Shown here piece by piece: positions 54,808 to 64,000 of a DNA stretch of 64,000 bases. This DNA is from Epithemia pelagica (lineage: Eukaryota; Protista; Bacillariophyta). Numbering within the stretch: the first letter of the stretch is position 1; each line of letters opens with the position of its first letter. Location of the stretch: the NCBI GenBank assembly GCA_946965045.2, contig OX337230.1:3844001-3908000 (forward strand). Direction: 5' to 3'. Both the position numbers and the translations under genes were made by a program. The notes below the pieces were generated by a model. The model ran no database searches, was not told where the DNA came from, and worked only from the letters and a program-made list of their open reading frames with translations.

Positions 54808-57066
54808 ATGGTTCGCTCGTCCTTTGTATCGTCGGGTTTCGGACTGTCACGTTCTTGCTGTGGCTCGGCGTCATTGTGGTCGTTTGGATCCTGCGGGTGG
54901 TCCTCTACTGGAATCATGGCTGCTGCTAGCAGTAGTAGTAGTGCCGAAAGGACACTGCGATCACAACGTTGGTCGTCTCCGTTGAGAGGAACCGTGTCGT
55001 CTTGCTCGTTTTCCACCGGCAATCCCAACAACGAAAACGACGACCACCACCAAAACAAATCGACTTCTTCTTCGTCGTCGTCGTCGTATCCCATTCGTTT
55101 GGCCCATCGCTTGGACGGGTTGGATGCCCCGACCGTCTGGCATGAATTTACGCCACTTTCCAAACAACACCAATCTATTAATTTGGGACAAGGCTTTCCC
55201 GATTGGGATCCACCCAGGTTTGTCGTGGAGGCCCTGCAAGCCGCCGTCACACACCGTCATGCCAATCAATATGCACCCTCCCAAGCCCATCCGGCCTTGG
55301 CGCAAGCCCTCGTGCACGAATATACACACCACTTGTGGAACAACGACAAGGACAGCGAAGACCATACGCCGATTCCGGACGCGGCCTGTTTCGACTTGGA
55401 TCCGACGCAACATGTGGCCACAACGGTTGGTTGTACGCAAGCCTTGTATTGTGCCTTGCAAGGATTGATCAATGTGGGAGACGAAGTCGTCTTGTTGGAA
55501 CCCGCCTTTGATATTTATCATTCGCAAGTGCGCATGGCTGGGGGTACCTGCGTCTTTGTCCCCCTGCGACCCCAACCACACATGACAACAACGATACCGA
55601 CCGCTAGTAGCAGCACTCGCACTCTCACTCGCAGCAACAACCCGGCGGCGGAAGTCAACGAATGGCATGCCAGTGACGTGTTTGGTTTGGATTTGGAGGA
55701 ATTTCAAGCCGCCTTGTCGGACCGCACCAAAGTCATTTTACTCAATACACCGCATGTAAGTCTCCTCACAATCATAATCGTACCAAGAACCGGCGCGTGT
55801 CCTGTGGTTCCTTGTTGTGTGTGTGTGTGTGTGTGTGCGTTTGGACCCGAGGACGCCGTTCGGAATTGGAACCGTAATGTTCCCAAACAGAATCACCCAC
55901 CCAAAGAACATTGGACTCCCTACACCTCTCCTGCAATGGAACATTCATGTGTATACATGTGTGGAGTTGTAAGAGACTGTGACAAACGTGCGAGAGAAAG
56001 AGAGAAAAAAAGAGAGAGACTCACGCTGCGTGTTTTTGTTCCACCACTCGTCCTCTCTCATGCTACTTGTGTATATACTCTATAGAATCCTACTGGTAAG
56101 GTGTTTTCTCGGGCCGAATTGCAAGGCATGGCGGATATTTTGCAACAACCCGAATATCAACATATTGTGGTCATTTCGGATGAAGTGTACGAACACATTG
56201 TCTTTGATCCCAACACACGACCCCACGTTTCCATGGCTACCATCCCGGGCATGTTTCATCGGACCTTGACCTTGAGTTCCTCTGGCAAAACGTACGTATA
56301 TAATCTGTCTCTCGTATGTATTGTTGTTGTTGTTGTTGTTGTGTGTGTGTTGGTCGTTGCATCCTCGAGTATATAGGGATAGGGATTGTGTGTGTGTGTT
56401 TTGTGGGTCTCACATCAGTTTCGAGAGGATGATGCTTTCCTGACGTGTCTTGTTGTTATTGGTCGTTCCTTTCTTTCTTTTTGTCTCTCACACTTGGCCA
56501 TTAGGTTTTCCTGTACGGGTTGGAAAGTGGGATGGGCGATTGGTCCTGCGCATTTGGTCCATGCTGTGACGGCCACCAATCAATGGATTACCTTTTCGGC
56601 TCCGACACCGACCCAAGATGCCATGGCGCAAGCCTTGCGTCAAGCACGAACCGAGCCCTTCCACGGCCATGCCACATATTTTGACTATGTGGCCGCAGAA
56701 TATCGTCGCAAACGCACCATTTTGCAAACGGCCTTGACCAACGCCGGCTTGACTCCCATTGTTCCCGATGGATCCTTTTTTGTCATGGCCGACACCTCTC
56801 AAGTCGAAATTCCCGAATCTTATTTGCATCACGTGACACGAGCCATGCCCCTTCGGACATTGGACCAACGACGCGTGGCTCCTCGCGATTGGGCCTGTTG
56901 TAGATGGATGACCGAAACGGTGGGTGTCACGGCCATTCCACCATCAGCCTTTTATTCGACGCCCAATGTTCCCTTGGCTCAAAATTTGATTCGATTGGCC
57001 TTTTGCAAAACGGACGAGACATTGCAAGAAGCGGCCCGGCGATTGGAACAACACTTTGGAAGATGA
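54808..57066 (+). CDS. Class I/II PLP aminotransferase, kynurenine aminotransferase/cysteine-S-conjugate beta-lyase-like; exons 54808-55755, 56086-56291, 56505-57066 (start could be 54661)
   Basis: VWHEFTPL, INLGQGFPD, LNTPH|NPTGKV, SDEVYE and SSGKT|FSCTGWKVGW (PLP lysine). Introns restore the frame (1716 nt). Confidence 0.92.
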
Positions 57067-57462
57067 GAGAGAGTGGGATCCTCTCTCAAAATCCGTGCCG
57101 ACGACGATAGGCATTTTCGATTGGAGAACTCTGCATATTCCCAAAGAGAGAGAGTTTTGATAGAAACACAACACCATGGAATCCAACGAAACGCTTTCAA
57201 GCATCAATCTCCATTGAGGCATATAGTTTGGAGGGAGGTGTGATGAATCGTGGCCCTCCAAAGAGTCGCTGTACTCCTGCCAAAACTAATGAATGGGAAG
57301 GACATCCCCGCGCTCGCATGAATAAGTTTACCTAGTACAAAATAGCGTTTGACTCGAAAAGGAAGAATGATGATTTTCTTGCTCAATTGTCTATCCGAGA
57401 GTATTCCACGACCGACGCCCCGGCCCAAGATGCAGAAACTACGAAGAGCCTCGCTGCTTGCT

Positions 57463-57924
57463 TCACTTGCTCTTGCTCTTAATAATCATATCTTGTGCTT
57501 CGATTTTGCTATCCTGGGCGTCAATTTTCCGGTCCTGGGACTCAAGCTTGTCATTTTGTGACTCAAAGCGTACATTTTGTGACTCAAAGCGTGCATCTTG
57601 TGCTTCGATTCGTTTCGAGAAACCCTCCGCCTGTCTCTGCAAATTGTTGGTGGACACATCGTGTAGAGCGATCATCAGTCCGATCATCAGTGTCCCCATT
57701 GTGACCGTAAGTCCCGCTAGTCCCAACGCAGTTTCGTTCATCTTCTGGTTCATTTCATTAAACAGACTTTTCATCTCAATCATGTTTTCGCGCAAACCAC
57801 TCTTCGTTGCATAATTGTCTTCTGTTCCGAGGGTGGACTTTGTGCGGTGTCCGCTTACAAACAGACGAGCACAACAGTGCTTGACGCGACTGTGGGATAT
57901 ACGCTTTGGAAGGTATCGAAACAT
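57463..57924 (-). CDS. Leader-cassette family protein (153 aa): basic leader, coiled coil, one TM helix, exact 7-residue repeats
   Basis: MFRYLPKRISHSRVKHCCAR; LGLAGLTVTMGTLMIGLMIAL; RIEAQDA RFESQNV RFESQND KLESQDR KIDAQDS KIEAQDM (21-bp DNA repeats). Confidence 0.65.
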   Translation of the reverse strand: MFRYLPKRISHSRVKHCCARLFVSGHRTKSTLGTEDNYATKSGLRENMIEMKSLFNEMNQKMNETALGLAGLTVTMGTLMIGLMIALHDVSTNNLQRQAEGFSKRIEAQDARFESQNVRFESQNDKLESQDRKIDAQDSKIEAQDMIIKSKSK

Positions 57925-58599
57925 GGTGGACTATCGCGGGTTCTTTCGAATGTATCGCAGGAAGGAAAACTGTGGGCTCACAAAAAATGTTCTCTGCGGG
58001 TGACGGGAAAGTGGCAAGTCTGAGGGAGAGAGGAGACGTCCACTTTTGCTGCGCCACGAAAAGACTGCAGGAGCTCCAGAGAGTCGAGAGTGTTTGGACG
58101 AAGAGGCGCCTGCACGCAAACCCAAAAGAACGGGAACAGTGAACAGTGAAGCTTGATATTTTTGATATTCCATTGTTGTGGTGTGCGTCGGGAGTTGTGT
58201 GCCCCGTCCGTCACCTCAGGATATGAATATAACTACTACTATATACTTTATACTGGTAGACATGGAGGAGGCGGTCTGTACAGTTTGAGTTATAGTGGAT
58301 CGTACGATTGTTGTGTGTTGAGGAGGCGGTCTGTACAGTTTGAGTTATAGTGGATCGTACGACTGTCAATCAATCTTGACTCTCGTGGCGCTTCAAAAGT
58401 GGCTCTCTCTCAGACTTGCCACTTTCCCGTCACCCGCAGAGAACATTTTTTGTGAGCCCACAGTTTTCCTTCCTGCGATACATTCGAAAGAACCCGCGAT
58501 AGTCCACCATGTTTCGATACCTTCCAAAGCGTATATGCCACAGTCGCGTCAAGCACTGTTGTGCTCGTCTGTTTGTAAGCGGACACCGCACAAAGTCCA
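57834..58599. repeat. Head-to-head inverted duplication of the promoter + leader cassette (arms 57834-58059 and 58383-58599), with a 43-bp direct repeat in the spacer
   Basis: The arms are near-identical over ~190 bp. GAGGAGGCGGTCTGTACAG...GATCGTACGA occurs at 58265-58307 and 58320-58362. Confidence 0.88.
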
Positions 58600-59399
58600 T
58601 GGAGGAACGAATTCCTGAAGAGGCCGTTCCTGAACAGGATTACATGATTGATGTAAGCTATGAGATGGAACAAGTTGAACTTGCTATGCAATCTGCAACG
58701 GAGGAAGGGCATTTTCTGGGGCGTCAGTGGTTGTTTCAAGGACGAGATTTGCGGGCGGAAGTTCGCTTGTCTTCACCCGAACGTCCGCTCGATGTCCACA
58801 CCTACTTACGAGGAAACAATTGCCAATCCTTCGCCCATAATCGCCATCCCTTTGTGGCTGCTTTATATTTGTTGCGAGAGGCGGACGGAGGATCAGCTGT
58901 TTACATTTCGGCTCCTTTTTTGACAGACACGTACTTTGTCGACGAGTTGTGTCATTATGCCAAGCCCATCGAGGACGGAGGACGCTCACTACAAGTCCAT
59001 CTTTTGCTAGGACCAGCGGTGTTCAATGAAACTGTGATCAGTCGTTTTATTGGCACAAGCCAAGTCCGTTTTGAATCTATTTCGCGTTTGAGCTTGAGGC
59101 GTTATGGGATTGACAACGCTGTACAAAATAGCGCGTACATGCACACCAAAGTATTAATCTCTACGGCCGGAACTATGATCGGCTCATACAATTATACGTT
59201 TGCTTCAAGATTCCGCCATCGTGAGGATGGCATCGTCATTGAAAATGGATCCATGGCCGACCGATATCGAGAACGCTTTCGGGACGTATGGAATATTTCT
59301 ACTGTCTACACGCCACGTCGACCTCCGGACGAACCGAACGATGAATATTCCAAGGAACCTGGTTTTGTGCCGGAAGCGAAACGAGCGAAATATTCTTAA
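58509..59399 (+). CDS. PLD-superfamily single-motif (Nuc/PLD6-like) putative nuclease fused to the leader cassette
   Basis: VYISAPFLTD, MHTKVLISTAGTMIGSYNYT (HxK...GSxN), REDGIVI and RERFRDVW. The canonical Asp of HxKxxxxD is replaced. Confidence 0.8.
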   Translation: MFRYLPKRICHSRVKHCCARLFVSGHRTKSMEERIPEEAVPEQDYMIDVSYEMEQVELAMQSATEEGHFLGRQWLFQGRDLRAEVRLSSPERPLDVHTYLRGNNCQSFAHNRHPFVAALYLLREADGGSAVYISAPFLTDTYFVDELCHYAKPIEDGGRSLQVHLLLGPAVFNETVISRFIGTSQVRFESISRLSLRRYGIDNAVQNSAYMHTKVLISTAGTMIGSYNYTFASRFRHREDGIVIENGSMADRYRERFRDVWNISTVYTPRRPPDEPNDEYSKEPGFVPEAKRAKYS

Positions 59400-59432
59400 T
59401 ATAATAAAATCGTCCGGCTTCTGATTTTTGTT

Positions 59433-59855
59433 TGTGCCTACGCCGCCGAGAATGGGCATTTGAAGGTGCTGCAGTGGGCAAGAGCGAACAGATGTCCATG
59501 GGACGAAGACATTTGTGCCTTTGCCGCCAGTAATGGGCATTTGGAGGCTTTGCAGTGGGCCAGAGCCAATGGTTGCCCGTGGACTGACTACACTTGTACC
59601 TGCGCCGCCGAGGGTGGGAATTTGGAGGTGCTAAAGTGGGCAAGAGCCAATGATTGTCCATGGAACTCGAGCACTTGTACCGAGGCCGCTAGGAATGGGC
59701 ATTTGGAGGTGTTGCAGTGGGCCAGAGCCAATGGTTGCCTGTGGAACGAAGACACTTGTACCTGGGTCGCCGAGAATGGGCATTTGAAGGTGCTGCAGTG
59801 GGCAAGAGCCAATGATTGTCGATGGTACCATCCATTGATCGCTCGGAGAATGTAG
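59433..59855 (+). pseudogene. Fragment of 25-aa-period ankyrin-like repeats (AAxNGHLEVLQWARANGCPW), truncated at both ends
   Basis: About five tandem repeats; no ATG; the repeat breaks off at ~59825. Confidence 0.8.
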
Positions 59856-61010
59856 GGTCATCCGTGTCCTGGTAATGTATCGCACCATGAAACCTAGTAT
59901 AGAGAGCCTCTATGTTCATCGTTTCAAGTTTCTCCGAAATCGAGGAAAAACGTTTCATATATTCTGAAATATACAGAATTAATGAGATGAATACAGTTTG
60001 GAACAAGTCAAACGATAACAGTTGTATTACCGCGCCTACCTTCACAACTATGCCACTGCATATAATTCTGTTGAAACAATTCACACGGTAGCTTCAGAAA
60101 TTTGAACGAGAAAAGCTTCAACCCACCACTCATGTCATACACAAACTGGGCTAAAGGAGTCCTCTTCACGCGAGGTAAATGGAACCTGGGATCCTTTTCT
60201 TGATTCTTGTACAGCCGTAACTCGATACCAATGGGGCGGAATATAAGATTTCGTCCGCAAACCGCACTTCCAGGATTGAGACCATCAGGTATGGCTGTCA
60301 CTGCATCCTTGTGATTTACGATTCTAAGGTGCATGATCCTACCCTGTCTCTCCAGTTCATAAAAGGCACGTGCGGTCTCAAGGTTCCCCCATCTTGGTGA
60401 GGCAAACGAGCAGCAGTAGATGGGCTTTGGAATTTCATCACCTGAAGTGGCACCAAGCCAGAAAGTGAAGAGCGAAGCAAGAGCACCTACATCACGATGC
60501 GTGATGAGTAAAAGAAGCGCACCCGTCCTCTCCTATTTCACGATCTTTTGAAACTTACCGCCAAGGCTATGCCCCGTCACGTGAATATTGAAACCAGGAT
60601 GAGTCTCCAGCAATTGGAGCAAATGGCCAAGGATGACATCATACTTGTGGGTGTTTTGCCCACGTGTGCTAAATAAATAATTGTAGAACCCGTGATGGAT
60701 GCCAATATGGGTTCCTTGTTTTATTGATGTATGGCAGCCTTCCAGTGGATTGGCAATTCGGGTTACAAACGCATCAGCATCAACACACCAATCAGTGATT
60801 GTCACAGAGCCACGGAATGTCACTCGAATGGACTTTTCTACCCTGTGAAGTCCAACACAACAATGCTGAGGTTTCCATACGTATCGCAACAAATTTCAAA
60901 TGAGGATTGCCATATAGGACACTTACTTGTCGACCGAAATACAGTACACGAGACTATTTTGCTCATTCTCATCATCAAAGACTACGATCATTTGTGCATC
61001 ACGTAGCCTG
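59689..61010 (-). CDS. Class 3 lipase (alpha/beta hydrolase), multi-exon; 5' end not resolved
   Basis: VTFRGS, IHHGFYNYL, VTGHSLG|GALASLF (nucleophile at 60574-60560), SFASPRWGN, IVNHKDAVTAIP and WHSCE; GT-AG junctions at 60558 and 60924. Confidence 0.75.
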
Positions 61011-61559
61011 GGTTTGTATACAAATGAGTCATACAGACCAAAGAATATGTCAATAGAATGGACGGTGAGAGTCACATGATATGAAAAACATATTTTTGGT
61101 TTGTATGAACAGTTCAGGAATGAGAAAGGATTTTTCAATAATGGAGGAATGATGATAGTGCTTTATGATGCCGCCATTCTACAAAAGGTTTCGGTAGTGA
61201 ATCATGGTGTTTCAGAAGAAATATAACAGCAGAGGCAGGCATGGCAAGAATATTAAAAAGTCCAACAAGTTTACCCCATGGGACATGGCATGGGACATGG
61301 ATTATGATGATGGTGTCAAGAATGGATATCATGAACGTCTTTTTATGAGAAATCGGGAGTTGAATTTTGGACCACAATTTGTTTTCTCATTTAGATATGA
61401 AAGAAGGGAAGGAGAAACTTAAGTTTCATAATGGAAAACCCATTATGCCTTTGTTGTGTGTGCAATGTGTGTGGGTGTTTCGCCTTGCCGTTCCACAAAA
61501 GACCCAATTTGCATTGCCCGCCCCCATTAAAGATGTTTATGCTTTTTCCAAATGAATCT

Positions 61560-63962
61560 CTATCGTATCCTCGGTGAATGTTTACAAACTTCAATATTCC
61601 ATCCTTCTTCGATTTTCTTCCGTTTTTGTTCAACATGTTTACGGCTATGATGATCGTACTCGTCCTCGTTATCATCATGAAAAGTCTGCCAATCCACACA
61701 GGCTTGTCGCAAATCACGTTGGAGGTTCATGGCCGTTTGCAAAAAGTCCAAGACGGCATTGCGAATCACCTCATCGGGTTTGTGTGTGGCCCAGACTCCT
61801 TGATCTCCCGCCAAAATGGCTTCGATACAAGGAACACCATCCTTGGCCCACAAATTGTCCAACAAGAGACAATTGCCCAGTGGATTATCAGTCGTATTAG
61901 TAAAGTCCTTCTTGGTATTATCGTCACTGTCCTTGGGTGGGAGCATCATTCCCAAAAAGGCTGGTTGTGTCGGCCAAAAAATGTCATCAAAGGTTAAAAA
62001 CACTTTTTTGTATCGCCCCATGGTGAGACGTTCCAGGGCTTGTAATTTTTCCGTGCTTAGGGATGTCGTATTGGCAAACAAGGTGGCATGATTCTCCCGC
62101 AAACAACCCACCGGGATGGTCACGACACAGGCCTTGGCATACACCACCAAATCGGACTTGGTTTCGACACGGACATTGTACTTTGAATGTGTTGTTTGCT
62201 TCTCATTGTCACTGTTGTCCTTGTTTACATTATCCGTAGGAATAAGATTGGTCTCACCGGTAATAGATGAAGGAGGAGAATGGTGACCACCATTGGTGGT
62301 CGTTGTTGGATGCTGCTGTTGCAAATGTTGAATGCGAATGACTTCTTGGTCGAGTCGAATGCAGTGTCGCACATTCGGTGTCGCCAAGGCTTGGACCACC
62401 TTGTGCATTCCCCCTTGGACGGTACAATGCGCTCCCACAAAATCACCATCTTGTTCAAATTCTTCATCGTCCCACAAGGGATCATCCTCCTCCTCATTGG
62501 AATTGTCCTTGTCGTCCTCGGAGGAGGATGACGACGACGACGACGAATAATTGCGATTGCGATCGTCGTCCGGATCCAATCGGGTATTGCCATATTGGGC
62601 AATGGGAATGTCCTTCAAGCTAAATCCCTGCCAGTACGTCAGTAATTGTTGATAAAACAATGTCAGGGACCAAATGACTTGTCGTTGTTGTTGTTCTTGT
62701 TGTTCTTGTTGGTGTGGTAGTAGGGTATCTTTGGAATCCATTCTTGGTGGTGGTGGTAGTTGGAGGGGCAAACTGGCATTCCAGTGCTCCAAGGCACTTT
62801 GGAGACTGACATTATTGTTGGCGTGTTCGGCGAGTCCATTTTGAACCATGGTTTGGACTTGTTGATCGACCCGTCGCATAATTTGATAATGCCGTCGAAT
62901 CGAGGCACGAATCAAGTCATTGTTATTGTTGGTGGTGGTGGACTCTGAGTCGTGTGGTTGTTGTGGTGGTTGTTTGGTATACAGGAACGGCTGCGGTATT
63001 CGGAATGGTGGCTCTTCTCCGTCTTGTTGGGCGGATGTTGGTGGCGGCTGTTCTAAAAAGAGGGCCAGGTTGTGGGTTCGATGCAAGACTGTGTAGGGTC
63101 GAGTCCAGGGATTGCCTCGTACGACCCGCTTCAAGTCGTCTTGCGCATTCAAATAGTCCAAGACGGGATTGCGAAGCAAGGTGGGAAACCGAGGATCGGT
63201 GACATGAAAGGCATCGTGCGGATCGGGCCAGGGTACGGGATCGACGCCATGGACCCACGCGGCACCCTGATCGATCCACAACACGACATTGCTAGTCTTG
63301 TTGTTGGAGGGATCTTCCTGGTTGTTGTTGTGGTTTTCGTCGTCGTGGTCCTCATGGTCCTCGTTCTCATTGTATTTGTTGTCAGTGGGGACCATTTTTG
63401 TTTGTGGGGGTACCGTATAGGGCGTAGTATGGACCCGTCCTCCAATGCGATTCCGCGCTTCCAAAATCAACACATTCAAGTCACTGTCATCACTGGATTC
63501 TAGCAAACTCTTGGCACATTGCAAGCCACTGACACCCGCTCCCACAATCAACACGTCGACATATTCGACCGGATTGTTGTTGTCGTTGTCGTCTTGGCTG
63601 TCCTTGTCGTTGGTGGTCGTTTGGTCATGGTGCTTGTCTCCATTCTTGTTGTTGTGGTTGTCATTGTGGTGAGTCTTTGCGTTACGTATACCGGTTTCGT
63701 CCGATGTTGATGTTTCTGTTGCTGGTTGTTCTTCGGGCATTGGCACCACCCACAATTGTTGTTGGTGTTGTTCTTGTTGTGGATTTCCTGTTTGTTGTCT
63801 TTTTCGTTGAGTGCAATATGGGCAGTCGCCCACACCAAAGGTCGTCGATCGTCGTATTCGATGGACTAGGACAAAGGATTCCGTCGTCTGGATCAATAAT
63901 GCTCCCAGTACTACTAGAAACAACCAGAACACCAACACGCTGCTAGTACTACAGCGGCACAA
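61560..63962 (-). pseudogene. Second long amine oxidase copy, lacking the C-terminal ~166 codons and ending in an unrelated 43-codon tail; 5' end at the window edge
   Basis: Closely similar to 34297-36580 until 61690 (ACVD|W versus ACVD|CHVTRW). The final FAGD/GA..SG FAD motif is absent. Confidence 0.8.
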
Positions 63963-64000
63963 CCGAACACAAAGAATGATGGAAACGTGTGGCCCACAAC

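Noticed and set aside
55816-56400. (GT)n, (GA)n and (GTT)n runs
   Set aside because: Short intronic microsatellites of the aminotransferase gene; ordinary.

Overview
Eukaryotic, intron-containing DNA, most consistent with a diatom (inferred from diatom-type Ty1/copia elements, short GT-AG introns and a signal-peptide + Phe bipartite leader). The first ~30 kb holds ordinary genes: PP2A-family phosphatase, GH18 chitobiase, an EF-hand-like protein, ClpP and a tandem pair of large P-loop/helical-repeat ATPases. It also holds three Tc1/mariner-type elements. The largest (9815-16786, 6972 bp, 31-bp TIRs, TA target duplication) carries a transposase plus three passenger genes, one a SET-domain methyltransferase. 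From 29.9 kb to the end the window is a rearranged mosaic. It contains four partial copies of a head-to-head amine oxidase / kynurenine-aminotransferase locus and five copies of a promoter + basic N-terminal leader cassette joined to different protein bodies, one of them a single-HxK PLD/Nuc-type nuclease. It also contains two long fold-back hairpins and a young copia-in-copia nest (36946-52369). Both nested elements have primer-binding sites that fit tRNA anticodon-arm halves (Ile and Asn), and the outer one has gag and pol in frame across a single TGA. All calls were made by eye from the sequence and the ORF track; no database searches were run.
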